Of a stretch of 64,000 nucleotides of DNA, positions 8,946 through 19,365 are shown piece by piece. The notes beneath the pieces were generated by a model. It was given only the letters and a program-made list of their open reading frames with translations, was not told the DNA's origin and did no database searches. Every line of letters starts with the position of its first letter. Position 1 is the first letter of the stretch. Source of the DNA: Candidatus Nomurabacteria bacterium (lineage in GTDB: Bacteria; Patescibacteriota; Saccharimonadia; Saccharimonadales; HK-STAS-PATE-42); the NCBI GenBank assembly GCA_023898665.1, contig CP060233.1, positions 356,368-420,367 of the forward strand. Reading direction: 5' to 3'. A program made the translations under genes and the position numbers.

Positions 8946-11422
8946 ACCAAATATATCTGATTATCTTTTATTTTTAGATTAATCTCCCGGGTATCCTTTA
9001 ATTGTTTAGAGTTTAGTAGAGTTAATTTATCAATTATCTCTTTAGCAATGGCGTTACTTATACCTCTGATACCCTCTTTAGGCTCATAATTACTCACAAA
9101 ATGGTTAATTAAAGAGTCATCGAAGTTTAGTTTTATGTTAGCCTTTCCAGTCTCGAGTCTGTTGCCAAGTTCATTTAATTTAAGATTGGTTATTATTTTT
9201 AGTGATTGTTTGTCAAAGTCTACAAAAGGTAAAATTGCATCAAATCTGTTAATTAGTTCGATCGGCATGACTTTTTCTAGCTCATATCTCATTGTGCTAG
9301 TTAAGTAATCTTCGTCTCCAATAGTTTTTGCTGACTTAAAACCAAGCTCTGCTGATCCTAGCATCTTTTTTGAACCAAGGTTACTGGTTAGCATAATTAC
9401 AGTATTTTTAAAGCTTACGTCCTCCCCTCTTGCAGAAGTTAGCTTTCCATCTTCAAGAATCTGGAGGAGCAAGCTCATAACTTGTGGATGGGCTTTTTCT
9501 ATCTCGTCAAATAGTATGAGACTGTAAGGTCGCCTTTTTACTTTAGAGAGTAATTCCGATTCTTCCTCATATCCTACAAAGCCTGCTGGAGATCCAATTA
9601 GCCGAGCGGATGTATGACTCTGACCAAATTCGCTCATGTCGAGTTTAATGAAACTTGATTCTTCGCTAAAAAGTTCTAGCGCTAGTTGTCTTGCAAGCTC
9701 TGTTTTACCAGTTCCACTTGGTCCCATTGCTATAAAGCTAGCTAGTGGTTTTTTATCTTCAGTTAAGCCAAGATTTGATCTACTGAGCGTGCTTATAACT
9801 CTATTTACTGCTAGGTCTTGACCAACAATCTTATACTTAATCGATTTTTTAATTCTTGCTAAATCAGAGTTATCTTTAAAGCTAGGTTTTATTCTATTTT
9901 CTGGAATATTTGTAATCACTGAGAGGGCTTTGATTATATGAGGTATTGTTAGCAATGGGTGTTGTTTCTTTGGGCTATTGTTTTTAATCTCTACTAATCT
10001 TTCTTCAAGATTCTGCCTGGTGTTTTTTAGTTCGTTGGCTTTTATGTAGTCTTCATTATCTAAAGCTACTTTTAAGTTTAATTTAACACTATTGAGCTCG
10101 TCTTCTAGAGCTTTGATATCTCTACCATGTGCCACTGGTCCTTTTAAGAGCCTAAGTTTAGCGGCAGCTTCGTCTAATAAATCCAAGGCTTTATCCGGTA
10201 AGAATCTCTCTGGGATATATCTACTACTTAAGTTTACGGCCTCTTTTATTGTCTCAGTTGGGATAGTAACATTATGGTGTTCTTGTAACTTATCTTTATT
10301 TGTTAGAAGCATTTGGTAGGTATCCTCTTCACTCGCCTCGGGTACTTCTATAGCTTGAAGTCTTCTAGCTAGAGCTCGGTCTTTTTTAATATGTTTTTGA
10401 TATTCTTCAGAAGTCGTTGCTCCAATTATTTGTAAGTCTCCTCGTGCTAATGCAGGCTTCAAGATATTACCAGCGTCCATACCTCCTTCTGCGTTTCCAG
10501 CACCACTTAGCATATGGATTTCATCAATAAAAAGAATTATATCGTGCCTTGCAGTGGATTCTTTTATGATTGCTTTTAGTCTTTCTTCAAAATCTCCTCT
10601 ATATCTGCTTCCAGCGATTGTGTCGGCAAGATCAATTGAGATTATCTTTTTATTTTTGAGCGAGTGAGGAAGATCTTTATCATCATTAACTATGAGTTGA
10701 GCCAGGCCTTCGACGATAGCTGTTTTACCAACTCCCGGCTCCCCTACAAGTATTGGGTTATTTTTTTGGCGTCTTCCGAGTACAACCATTATGCGCTCTA
10801 ATTGATCCCTTCTCCCATAGAGTGGGTCTAACTTCCCTTCCCCAGCTCTTTTATTAAGATCATCTCCAAAGAACTCGAGGGCTGTCTTTTGCTTTTTTGA
10901 GCGTTTTTGGGTTGATGTTTTTGGATTAGAATTATTTTGCTCTTGCTCAATTTCAGACTCTTTTTCTATCATTAAATAATCTTCAAGATGGTCAACAAGT
11001 TCTTCTTTAGAAATTCCTGTTAAAGAAAGAGTTTGTTTAAGCTGTTCCGAAGCTTGTATTAAGACTGAAAAGAGTAAGTGTTCTGTTCCACATGCCTGTT
11101 TATTAAATGCTTCTGAGAGTTCGATGCCTCCTTCTAGAATACCTTGGATCTTTGGATCAATAAAGCTTGTGATGATATGTGGAGTTTGCTCGATTTTAAC
11201 ATCTTTAAGTCCAAAAGCTCCTTCGATTCTTTTAAAATCTATACCATGATTTTTCAGGATCTTAACAGCAGTTGAATTTTGGTTACCTATTAAGCCCAGT
11301 AGTATATGTTTTTCTGTAATTGTCTGATCCCCTTGACTAATAGCAATCTGGAATGCTTTCGCTAAACTTGCTTTAGCGTTTTCTGTAAGTCTTGATGGAA
11401 TGTCTGTTTGTGAGAAAATCAT
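8942..11422 (-). CDS. clpC: ClpC-type AAA+ chaperone/unfoldase (two AAA modules)
   Basis: Clp N-terminal repeat. D1 has Walker A GEPGVGKT and Walker [10 protein letters not shown]2 has GPSGTGKT and [12 protein letters not shown] short middle domain is present. An LGF tripeptide (SAELGFKS) sits at the position of the ClpP-docking loop. Confidence 0.85.
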   Translation of the reverse strand: MIFSQTDIPSRLTENAKASLAKAFQIAISQGDQTITEKHILLGLIGNQNSTAVKILKNHGIDFKRIEGAFGLKDVKIEQTPHIITSFIDPKIQGILEGGIELSEAFNKQACGTEHLLFSVLIQASEQLKQTLSLTGISKEELVDHLEDYLMIEKESEIEQEQNNSNPKTSTQKRSKKQKTALEFFGDDLNKRAGEGKLDPLYGRRDQLERIMVVLGRRQKNNPILVGEPGVGKTAIVEGLAQLIVNDDKDLPHSLKNKKIISIDLADTIAGSRYRGDFEERLKAIIKESTARHDIILFIDEIHMLSGAGNAEGGMDAGNILKPALARGDLQIIGATTSEEYQKHIKKDRALARRLQAIEVPEASEEDTYQMLLTNKDKLQEHHNVTIPTETIKEAVNLSSRYIPERFLPDKALDLLDEAAAKLRLLKGPVAHGRDIKALEDELNSVKLNLKVALDNEDYIKANELKNTRQNLEERLVEIKNNSPKKQHPLLTIPHIIKALSVITNIPENRIKPSFKDNSDLARIKKSIKYKIVGQDLAVNRVISTLSRSNLGLTEDKKPLASFIAMGPSGTGKTELARQLALELFSEESSFIKLDMSEFGQSHTSARLIGSPAGFVGYEEESELLSKVKRRPYSLILFDEIEKAHPQVMSLLLQILEDGKLTSARGEDVSFKNTVIMLTSNLGSKKMLGSAELGFKSAKTIGDEDYLTSTMRYELEKVMPIELINRFDAILPFVDFDKQSLKIITNLKLNELGNRLETGKANIKLNFDDSLINHFVSNYEPKEGIRGISNAIAKEIIDKLTLLNSKQLKDTREINLKIKDNQIYLV

Positions 11423-11488
11423 CTTGGGTTATTCTAAGAGTATCACTCTTTTCTTCATCACCTATATTCAATTAAAATTATATCAGAA

Positions 11489-11515
11489 TTAGCACTCTAC
11501 GCAAATGAGTGCTAA
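11489..11515. promoter_or_regulatory. CIRCE operator (HrcA binding site), perfect consensus
   Basis: TTAGCACTC (11489-11497), N9, then GAGTGCTAA (11507-11515). It lies 67-93 nt upstream of the clpC-like start. A minus-strand TATAAT (11482-11477) follows it directly. Confidence 0.85.
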
Positions 11516-11548
11516 TAGGTTATGTTTATGTTAATTTTTTTATTAAGT

Positions 11549-11794
11549 TTAGATAAGTTTTTCGTTCTTTAGTGCTTCTTCTAGATTTGGTCGATCAAAA
11601 CCTACGATATATTTCTCACCTACTTTTGTGACAGGAACACCCATTTGCTTAGTGGCTTCAACAACCTCGCGTCCAGCATCGGTATTTTCTTCAATGTCTA
11701 TTTCGTCGAATTCAACATCTAAGCCTTTTAGCCAGGTCTTTAATTGGTGGCAAAATCCACACCATGTTGTACTATACACTGTAACTTTACTCAT
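11549..11794 (-). CDS. glutaredoxin-like / NrdH-like thioredoxin-fold protein
   Basis: 81 aa with an N-terminal CGFC redox motif (TWCGFCHQLK) and a cis-Pro region (GVPVT). Confidence 0.8.
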   Translation of the reverse strand: MSKVTVYSTTWCGFCHQLKTWLKGLDVEFDEIDIEENTDAGREVVEATKQMGVPVTKVGEKYIVGFDRPNLEEALKNEKLI

Positions 11795-11799
11795 ATTTA

Positions 11800-13065
11800 T
11801 TATTCTACTACTTTTTGTCGATTTATGATAATCTGATTAACTTTTTGAGGAGTATTTACTCTTGCCGTAGCTGTAATAAAGGTGTATATATTTAATATTG
11901 TAATTAAGCAGATTAATATAAGTAGAGCGCTTCGAGCTAAGTTGCGAGGATATGGATTTAACGGGAATGCTTCGTCAATTATTCTGATCATATTAGCAAG
12001 GGCTAAGCTTACAATTCCGATAGTAAATGGTAGGCAGAAGATGATAGAAGTAGGGAATAAATATAATGAAGAGAATAGGATTGAAGTAATAAATCCAATG
12101 ATTAAGTTTTGTCTGGCAAGTCTCTTTTTAAAGGCTTCGTAAAGAGTTAAGCTCAGTGCACCAATCAGGAGGAAGTCAGGTCTCCCCGTTCCTAGACTTA
12201 AACCTTTAGTTTGTTTAAGCCCAAAAATTGATTTAGTGTTATGGAGGAGGTTCTCTAAAACTTCTTTTGGATTACTGAATATATTAAAGCCTGTTAGTAG
12301 CTTCCAACTTTCTAGATTTGATATTAATATACCCATGTTTAAAAGTGGGAGAATAAAGACTGGAGATAAGATTAAGGTCTTCTCTGCTCTAGTTAGAGTG
12401 CCCAAAAAGCCTCTGACTTTTTGTGACTTAACTCCTAAAATTATTAGTACAAGGTAGATATATACCCCAAATATTTGTATAGATATTAGTCCTGTAGCAA
12501 TCGAGATTATAAAAAAAGAATATTTTCTGAGCTTTTGTTTGATATCAGATTTAGATAGTATGAAATATCCAGAAATTATTAAACTTAATAAAAAGAACAT
12601 ATCTATACCAGGTACATATCCTTGGTGAGAGATCAATATAATCCATGGCGAGCATATAGATAGGATAATAAATACATATGGAAGGTATCTGTTTCTAAAC
12701 TTAAGGTAAAAACTAATTGCCCAAGCACTCATAGCAATAGAAACTAGTAAAGCGGATGGGAACCTGAGTGCAAAAATATGGTGATTTGAGAATATTTTTA
12801 ATGTTAGCCACTGTATTAACCCATGGATTGGGTCAGCTGGATTTTTAACAAATGTATTGAGACTTCTAACTGAATCAAGTCTTAGTATTTCGTTCGAATT
12901 TAAACTGCTTAAGATTTCAAATTTGAATAACAATAGACTAAGGCCAAACAAGACTAAGCCTAATAGAAAGATAATTTTTAGTGCTTTATCGTTAAACCCT
13001 ATCTGATTTAACGAGGCTTTAAGTTTTGCTCTAAAATTAAAACTTAATTTTTTGGCGGGATCCAT
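11800..13065 (-). CDS. polytopic membrane protein, GT39/GT83 (PMT_2/ArnT)-like glycosyltransferase
   Basis: About 10 TM helices. The segment IFALRFPSALLVSIAMSAWAISFYL resembles the conserved fa.RlpsaL block of ArnT/PMT_2 enzymes. The family call is tentative. Confidence 0.5.
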   Translation of the reverse strand: MDPAKKLSFNFRAKLKASLNQIGFNDKALKIIFLLGLVLFGLSLLLFKFEILSSLNSNEILRLDSVRSLNTFVKNPADPIHGLIQWLTLKIFSNHHIFALRFPSALLVSIAMSAWAISFYLKFRNRYLPYVFIILSICSPWIILISHQGYVPGIDMFFLLSLIISGYFILSKSDIKQKLRKYSFFIISIATGLISIQIFGVYIYLVLIILGVKSQKVRGFLGTLTRAEKTLILSPVFILPLLNMGILISNLESWKLLTGFNIFSNPKEVLENLLHNTKSIFGLKQTKGLSLGTGRPDFLLIGALSLTLYEAFKKRLARQNLIIGFITSILFSSLYLFPTSIIFCLPFTIGIVSLALANMIRIIDEAFPLNPYPRNLARSALLILICLITILNIYTFITATARVNTPQKVNQIIINRQKVVE

Positions 13066-13126
13066 TTTATTGAATAAATATTATTTTGTTTATGCTTTAT
13101 TATATAACAACAACTTTAGTTATCTT

Positions 13127-14473
13127 TTATTCTCTATGTCCTCTGTCGAGGTTCATAAATTTTTGATTATCAGGTTTAAAGTAAAGCTCTACTTTGCCTG
13201 TAGGACCATTACGGAACTTCGCAATTATTAAGTCTGTGATATGCTTTTTTTCTGTCTCCGGGTTATAATATTCTTCTCTATACAAAAACGCGACTATATC
13301 GGCATCTTGTTCGATTGACCCAGACTCCCTTAAATCTGCTAATTGAGGGATTTGAGGATGTCGAGATTCTACACTACGCGAAAGTTGTGAAAGAGCAATA
13401 ATTGGTACGTCTAATTCACGAGCGAGTATCTTAAGTCCACGACTAATTTCAGAAACTTCTTGGACTCGATTTCCAGAGTCTTTGCCAGTTCCGCTCATTA
13501 ACTGTAAATAATCGACGACTATTAAGCCAGGTTTTTGTTTGTAGCTAAGTCTTCTAGCTTTTGCGCGCATTTCGGTAACGGTAATTCCTGGAGTATCATC
13601 TATATACATGTTCGCCTCACCTAGAGCTCCCCATGCATGGGATAGATTTTCGAAATCTTCATCTGTTAAATTTCCAGTTCTTAGTTTAGAGTTATCTACT
13701 CCTGATTCTGTCGAGAGCATTTTGTCTACTAGTTGTTCTTTGCTCATCTCAAGGCTAAAAAATAGAACTGGTAGATTTTCGTCTATTGCTATATTGTGAG
13801 CAATATTTAGAGCCAAAGTGGTTTTACCCATTGCTGGACGAGCGGCAATAATAATTAAGTCGGACCTATTTAAGCCGGCTAGTTTTTTATCTATATCGAT
13901 AAATCCTGTTGGTATTCCTGCTAGTTTACCCCCCTGCTGATGCAGTAACTCTAATTTATCAAACTGTTCGGTCAGTATGGTTTCTATACTTATTAGATCT
14001 GTCTTTACAGAGTTTTTTGCAACGTTAAATATTTTTTGTTCGGCTGAGTCTAAAATACTACTCGTATCAGAGTCTGCCTCATCATAGCTTAAGCCTATAA
14101 TATCTTCACTGGCGGATATTAACCTTCTCCTGAGTGATTTCTCGGAGACAATATCTGCATAGTGTTTAGCATGTGATGCCGTTGCGACGGAGGTTGTGAG
14201 TTCTGCTATGTAACTACTACCTCCTACTATTTCTAATTCACCTCGTTCAGAAAGTGCGTTAGTTAAGCTTACTAAATCGACTGGTTTTTGCTCTTCTGTA
14301 AGTTTAACAATTGCTGCATAAATTAACTTATGGTTATTTTCATAAAAATCGTCGGCTTTAACAATGTCTACAATTTTAAAGAAGGCATCCTGACTTATTA
14401 AGACGCTTCCTAATAAACTTTTTTCTGCATCTAAGTTTTGTGGTGGTAGCTTTTGTATTTTTTTATTTGCCAT
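13127..14473 (-). CDS. dnaB: replicative DNA helicase
   Basis: N-terminal PPQNLDAEKSLLGSVL, Walker A ARPAMGKT, Walker B LIVVDYLQLM, plus SQLSR and ESGSIEQDAD motifs. Confidence 0.95.
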   Translation of the reverse strand: MANKKIQKLPPQNLDAEKSLLGSVLISQDAFFKIVDIVKADDFYENNHKLIYAAIVKLTEEQKPVDLVSLTNALSERGELEIVGGSSYIAELTTSVATASHAKHYADIVSEKSLRRRLISASEDIIGLSYDEADSDTSSILDSAEQKIFNVAKNSVKTDLISIETILTEQFDKLELLHQQGGKLAGIPTGFIDIDKKLAGLNRSDLIIIAARPAMGKTTLALNIAHNIAIDENLPVLFFSLEMSKEQLVDKMLSTESGVDNSKLRTGNLTDEDFENLSHAWGALGEANMYIDDTPGITVTEMRAKARRLSYKQKPGLIVVDYLQLMSGTGKDSGNRVQEVSEISRGLKILARELDVPIIALSQLSRSVESRHPQIPQLADLRESGSIEQDADIVAFLYREEYYNPETEKKHITDLIIAKFRNGPTGKVELYFKPDNQKFMNLDRGHRE

Positions 14474-14506
14474 TCTTTATAGCCTTTTTTTAAAGAGTGT
14501 ATTTTA

Positions 14507-16003
14507 TTAAATTGAGACCGCTTCTCCTCCGCCCATTAAGCCAATAATATCAGAAAGATCAGTTAAATTTGTTTCTTTGTTGGTCTCATTGTTATCTTCA
14601 CTTCGCGGGCTATTTTTGTTTTGAGATTTTTTATCTAAAAGACTAGTTTCGATGTTTGGTACTTTTAAACCTATTTCGTTAAATGCTTCTCTAAATATTT
14701 GCTTGTTTTTATTTTCAGAAAATATTTTTAAGTGCACTGGATATACTAATTTAATACTTAGGTTGTACGTTTTTTCTGTAAGTTTAGTCTCAGATGGTTT
14801 TAGTACAGCTTTTAGGCCTGGGCTTTTTTTAGCAATTATTTCTAAGATATCTGACCACTTTTCTGAAAAGTTCCTAAGAGATAATTTATTTTTATTTTCG
14901 TTTTCATCGATCTTTTCTATCTCTTCATTCTTTTTTGAGTTTTCTTTAATCTCTTTGTTGCTCACTGTAATTTTTTCATCTAATTTCTTATCTGTTTCAA
15001 CTACCGCTGGAATAGGAGGCTTATTTTCTTCTGAATCTTTTGATGATTTGTTATTTGATGTTTTTAGACTACTTAATTTGAGAAGTGTTATTTCTAGGCC
15101 TAAGTTTGGTTTAGTAAGAGAACCTAAAGTTAGGAGCTCACTTAAGGTTTGTAATTCTTCAAAAGTTTTTTGTTGAGTCTTAAGTTTGTTGTATACTTGC
15201 AGGGCAAGAGATTTTGAGTCTGCGCCCGATTTTATTAACTCTTTTAGTAATTCTGGGATTAAACCGGTTTCGCTAGATTCTATAATTTGGCAGAGTTTTT
15301 CTAGAGCTTTATCCTCTGATAAACCTAGAGAGTTTTGGACACTTCTTAAGCTTACAGATTTATTGCCTGAGGCAATTTGATCGAGTAAGCTTAAGGCATC
15401 ACGCATGCTGCCTTCTGAGTTTTCTGCAATTATTTTTAGTGCTTCATCTTCAAAATCTATATTTTCTTTTTTACAAATATCTTCAAGATGTTTAACAACC
15501 TCTTGTTCGTCTATAGGCTTAAAGTAAAATTTTTGTACTCTACTTAGTATTGTAGCTGGAACTTTATGGGCGTCAGTTGTAGCAAGAATGAATATTGCAT
15601 GAGATGGTGGTTCTTCAATAGTTTTAAGAAGTGCCGCAAAACTGGCTCCACTAAGCATGTGGACCTCATCAATTATATAAACTTTATATTTTAAACTTGC
15701 GGGGGCGGAGGTTATCTTCTCGCGCAGGTCACGCATGTCATCAACACCACTATTACTAGCTGCATCAATCTCAATGATATCTAAATGAGTTTTTTCTGAA
15801 TGGTACTCTGCTTTGTTTATCTCATGAGCGAAAATTCTGGCAATTGAAGTCTTCCCTACTCCTCTTGGTCCAGTAAATAAATAAGCATGGGATATTTTAT
15901 CTTGCTTAAGCGCGCTTGCTAGTACTTCGACGATATGCTGTTGGCCGACGACCTCTTTAAGGCTTTTTGATCTGTATTTTCTGTATAGAGCTTGAGATGA
16001 CAC
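14507..16003 (-). CDS. dnaX: DNA polymerase III subunit gamma/tau
   Basis: YRKYRSKSLKEVVGQ, Walker A GPRGVGKTS, DEVHMLS and SRVQKF motifs. The C-terminus is low-complexity Lys/Glu-rich. GTG start with GGAGGG 9 nt upstream. Confidence 0.9.
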   Translation of the reverse strand: MSSQALYRKYRSKSLKEVVGQQHIVEVLASALKQDKISHAYLFTGPRGVGKTSIARIFAHEINKAEYHSEKTHLDIIEIDAASNSGVDDMRDLREKITSAPASLKYKVYIIDEVHMLSGASFAALLKTIEEPPSHAIFILATTDAHKVPATILSRVQKFYFKPIDEQEVVKHLEDICKKENIDFEDEALKIIAENSEGSMRDALSLLDQIASGNKSVSLRSVQNSLGLSEDKALEKLCQIIESSETGLIPELLKELIKSGADSKSLALQVYNKLKTQQKTFEELQTLSELLTLGSLTKPNLGLEITLLKLSSLKTSNNKSSKDSEENKPPIPAVVETDKKLDEKITVSNKEIKENSKKNEEIEKIDENENKNKLSLRNFSEKWSDILEIIAKKSPGLKAVLKPSETKLTEKTYNLSIKLVYPVHLKIFSENKNKQIFREAFNEIGLKVPNIETSLLDKKSQNKNSPRSEDNNETNKETNLTDLSDIIGLMGGGEAVSI

Positions 16004-16161
16004 GCTTTAAAACCCTCCATATATAACTGTAAGCTATATAGAAATTAATATCTCTTTATTTATTACTTAAGTATAGCAGTCCAACTAACTTAAAATTGAT
16101 ACTGTTAAATAATTTTTAATTAATATTGTCAGCGCGATAATATAGTTGTATAATAAAGATT

Positions 16162-16605
16162 ATGATTAAGAAAGACTGGATACATATACATGAAGTCCCC
16201 TATCTTCTAGTGGGTACTCTTAGATTACCCGTTGAACCTTCATCTAGGATTGTTTTGCCGTTAATATGGAAAGCTCCATTTATACATGATAAAGTTGCCT
16301 ATGCTTTAGTTTCTCGTATGGGAGAAATTCCAGTAACGTTCCTTTATCCAGAGGATAATTTTAGATGGATGTTAAGACATTTAGATAGCCAGGATCAAAA
16401 AGTAGTTTTACAATCTGCACAGAAAAAGCCTGTAGATACTCAAGGACGCCTAACAGTTGGTAGTATGGCTGGTCAGGGGACTAATGCTGATCCCGTTACA
16501 GTTATGGGAAGAGGAACTTGTTTACAAGTTGTTCCTGAATGTGTGGGTGAATTTTTAGCTAGCAGGAATCAAGAAAATCTTGATAATTTACTTAATAGTA
16601 ACTAA
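16162..16605 (+). CDS. divergent MraZ-like protein
   Basis: 147 aa with a two-half architecture. The halves contain PSSRIVLPLIW..TFLYPEDNFRWM and VDTQGRLTV..VTVMGRGTCLQVVP. These mirror the MraZ DxxGRhxhP..LYP..W repeats. The gene is leaderless (TGTATAAT 16147-16154, 7 nt before the ATG). Confidence 0.5.
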   Translation: MIKKDWIHIHEVPYLLVGTLRLPVEPSSRIVLPLIWKAPFIHDKVAYALVSRMGEIPVTFLYPEDNFRWMLRHLDSQDQKVVLQSAQKKPVDTQGRLTVGSMAGQGTNADPVTVMGRGTCLQVVPECVGEFLASRNQENLDNLLNSN

Positions 16606-17726
16606 CGGAAGTGGCCACCAAGTAGGTAAACGGCAAGCCCAGTAGAGGCAAACATTACACTTAAGACCCAGTATCTCATGGTTACTTTATATTTTGGCCA
16701 ACCGATAAGTTGTAAATGGACATGAAGTGGTGCGGCTAAGAAAATCTTTTTGCCTCTAAATCTTTTAGAAAGAAGTTGGATTATCACAGAGAAGGTTGTT
16801 AGGTAAAGAAGCGCTGCTATTATTGGCAAAACAAATACTGCATCTGTTATAAAGGCAATGATAGCAATCATCACTGTTAGGGCCATACTGCCTACTTCTG
16901 AGAGCATAAACCTAGCTGGCGGGATGTTAAACCATAAGAAGGCAAATAAAGCTCCCACGGTAGCAAAACACAAAGTTGCTACATCAAATTTGCTTTGAGT
17001 TATGGCAATAATTCCGAGTGCCATAAGAATTGATGAGAAAACTCCAGAAGAAAGTCCATCGACACCATCAATAATTGTCCCGGAATATGTTGCTGCTACA
17101 ACTATGACAAAAAGAGCTATAAATAAGAGTACAGGTATATTGTAGTTACCAAAAAAAGGTATATGAAGAGAGCTTAAATCTTGCTTAACTGCCATCCACC
17201 ATCCACAAAATGCTCCTACAAGAGCAACTGGTATCAGCCTATATTTAATTGAAAGTCCTCCTCCGAGAGATCTGGCCAGTTTACCTTTTAACTTGTCAGC
17301 TACTAATAGTTCATCTATTCCACCCACGATGGCTCCAACTGTTAAGCCAAAGAGTGGCAGCCAAGTCTGATTTCTACTTATAAAGTCTAATTTTACAAAT
17401 TCGCTTGTGCTGGTAATTTTAGAGATAATCCATATACCTAAGGCAGTAGTTAAAAGTCCTGTGAGCATGACTAAGCCACCCATTCTGTATAAAACTTTTT
17501 TGTCGTCGTTATCGATACTAGCAGTAAGTGGTGTGGCTTTACCGTCAATAGTTTTAGCTACACTCTTCTTTTTTCTAATGTCGTATTTGACTAAAAAGTA
17601 CTTCATTATAAACGGAGTCGAAAGTATTCCGATTACAAAAGCTGATACAGTTGGGACTATAAACTTAAGGAGATCTAGTTTGGTGATTTGGAGGACTATA
17701 TTTACTGGTTGCTCTAGGTCTGTCAT
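16602..17726 (-). CDS. mraY: phospho-N-acetylmuramoyl-pentapeptide transferase (GT4 polyprenyl-phosphate transferase family)
   Basis: Ten-TM protein with IIDGVDGLSSG (the DGxDGL motif), RMGGL, and C-terminal APLHVHLQLIGWPKYKVTMRYW. The last matches the MraY HHH-GW-E..v..rFW block. Confidence 0.8.
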   Translation of the reverse strand: MTDLEQPVNIVLQITKLDLLKFIVPTVSAFVIGILSTPFIMKYFLVKYDIRKKKSVAKTIDGKATPLTASIDNDDKKVLYRMGGLVMLTGLLTTALGIWIISKITSTSEFVKLDFISRNQTWLPLFGLTVGAIVGGIDELLVADKLKGKLARSLGGGLSIKYRLIPVALVGAFCGWWMAVKQDLSSLHIPFFGNYNIPVLLFIALFVIVVAATYSGTIIDGVDGLSSGVFSSILMALGIIAITQSKFDVATLCFATVGALFAFLWFNIPPARFMLSEVGSMALTVMIAIIAFITDAVFVLPIIAALLYLTTFSVIIQLLSKRFRGKKIFLAAPLHVHLQLIGWPKYKVTMRYWVLSVMFASTGLAVYLLGGHFR

Positions 17727-17778
17727 TTGTTTTTTTGTTTATTATCTTTTTTGATAATTTTAGTATAACACTCTCAGA

Positions 17779-18297
17779 TTATAGAGGAGCTTCGACTGCT
17801 GCCCACTCAGCTTCTGGATTCTCTTCTGGGACAACTATAGTAGCTTGATCTCCAACACTAAGCTTAAAATGGGTCACGCTTGCTAGGAGTATTTTATATT
17901 CTTTACTCTCTGCTTGAGCAAAATAATTTCCATCTCTTTGGGTAATTGTTGCTATTAGCTGTTTTCTGGCAACTGGTCCGATTTGCTTAAATAAAAACTT
18001 CCCTCCATCAACAATAGTTAATTTTAGTACATCCCCCTGGACTAAATGAGACTTACTGGCATAATTAGCTTGAACTGGGTATATTTTGCTGTTATAGCCA
18101 ATCATGTTCTGACCATCAAAAACTCCTTCCACTACAGTTTCACCATCTGCTGGTTCAGTATAAGGTGTTGTATGGCTTAACTCTTCTCCATCTCCGACCA
18201 AACTTACTAAAAGCTCTTTAGCGGCAAGGAGATTCATCTCGGCCTCTTTTATTAAGTTACGTAGGCGTTTTATTTGTTTTTCATCTAGGTTACTCAT
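17779..18297 (-). CDS. hypothetical cytoplasmic protein (N-terminal coiled coil plus beta-rich C-terminal region)
   Basis: 172-aa ORF with no competing frame. No family recognised. Confidence 0.55.
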   Translation of the reverse strand: MSNLDEKQIKRLRNLIKEAEMNLLAAKELLVSLVGDGEELSHTTPYTEPADGETVVEGVFDGQNMIGYNSKIYPVQANYASKSHLVQGDVLKLTIVDGGKFLFKQIGPVARKQLIATITQRDGNYFAQAESKEYKILLASVTHFKLSVGDQATIVVPEENPEAEWAAVEAPL

Positions 18298-18494
18298 TTT
18301 TATTTGCCTTTGTTTTATTTTTTAGATTTTTGGTTTATTGTTTTTGGATGTAGATTTATAAAACGATCTTTCATCGTTTAAGAAATCTTTTAGCTCTTTT
18401 GTCTTTGGCTTTTATAGTCTCTCACAACTTTAAACCTATGAGCTTAAGCGTAGCACTGTTTAAACTAGCTTTGCAAGCAATTTTTTAAAAAATA

Positions 18495-19244
18495 TTATAC
18501 AGCTACGTTAATTTCGGCTTTTATCGGAGGTGTGCGATCACCAGCTTTAAATTCGAATGTGTATAACTTCCAGTTATCTACAGTTGGGTCGGGTTTGTAT
18601 AAATTAATCTTTAGGTAAAGATTATTTGTATGTCTATAGTAACTAGACCTATAAAGAAGCGAAGCTGCTTCGAACTCGGTATTTGTCTCTGGGAGTGCTG
18701 TACCTTCTTCACTGGGAGAAAAATTTACTTTTCCGACTTTTTTCTCTATTAGATCTACCTGTTCTCCATCAGCAGATAAACTGTATGAGTTAATCAGTTT
18801 TTTAAAATCCTCTTCTGAGGTGCCTAGCTGAGCTTTATTCAAATAATCGGTTATTATTTCATCTGCTTTATTATTTCTGGCTAGAAGTATGATGTTTAGT
18901 GCCTGTTTTTCTTCTGATGTTTTTGTATTTATGTTCGACGGTAACATAAAACTCTTTTGAGTTGCTGAAGAGGAGTCCTCTGTTTTATTTATGTTTGGTT
19001 TTATTAAAAAAATATAAGTAAGGCTAAGGCTAACTAAGCTTAATAAAATGATTACTAGTTTTTTAAATTTTGGCTTTTTTGTTTTAACCTCAAATCCTAA
19101 GTTATTTATGCCACGAAGTTCATCGCGTTGCTCTTTTAATCTCTCGATAATTTGAGCATTAGTCTCTTGCGCATCCTGCTGAGCAATATTTAATTGCTCA
19201 TGAGTGCCTGACTGGTTTTTTTGTGCAGTATTTACTGGTTCCAC
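18495..19244 (-). CDS. hypothetical membrane-anchored extracytoplasmic protein
   Basis: 249-aa ORF with a single TM helix (LVIILLSLVSLSLTYIFLI) after a charged N-terminal region. Confidence 0.55.
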   Translation of the reverse strand: MEPVNTAQKNQSGTHEQLNIAQQDAQETNAQIIERLKEQRDELRGINNLGFEVKTKKPKFKKLVIILLSLVSLSLTYIFLIKPNINKTEDSSSATQKSFMLPSNINTKTSEEKQALNIILLARNNKADEIITDYLNKAQLGTSEEDFKKLINSYSLSADGEQVDLIEKKVGKVNFSPSEEGTALPETNTEFEAASLLYRSSYYRHTNNLYLKINLYKPDPTVDNWKLYTFEFKAGDRTPPIKAEINVAV

Positions 19245-19365
19245 TTTTATTTAAGTTTAGTAAGTTGGTTTTATTAAGCTTAAGTTTAACAGAAATGTTA
19301 TTTTTCTATCTAATAGTATTTACTTGGGTCAGTGTACAGATTATTGTGTTAGAATTCTAAGCTAT

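Noticed and set aside
14652-15176. A long antisense ORF inside dnaX. Similar antisense ORFs in the track include: 1736..2014, 3445..3678, 9636..9821, 10092..10319, 11882..12142, 17407..17754, 29242..29553, 34058..34381, 35869..36432, 42387..42689, 44158..44454, 50558..50968, 56097..56372, 58519..58782 and 62043..62429.
   Set aside because: Each lies entirely inside a longer ORF on the opposite strand that has clear family motifs. Their sequences are low-complexity (Ser/Leu/Phe-rich), typical of the antisense of AT-rich coding DNA.
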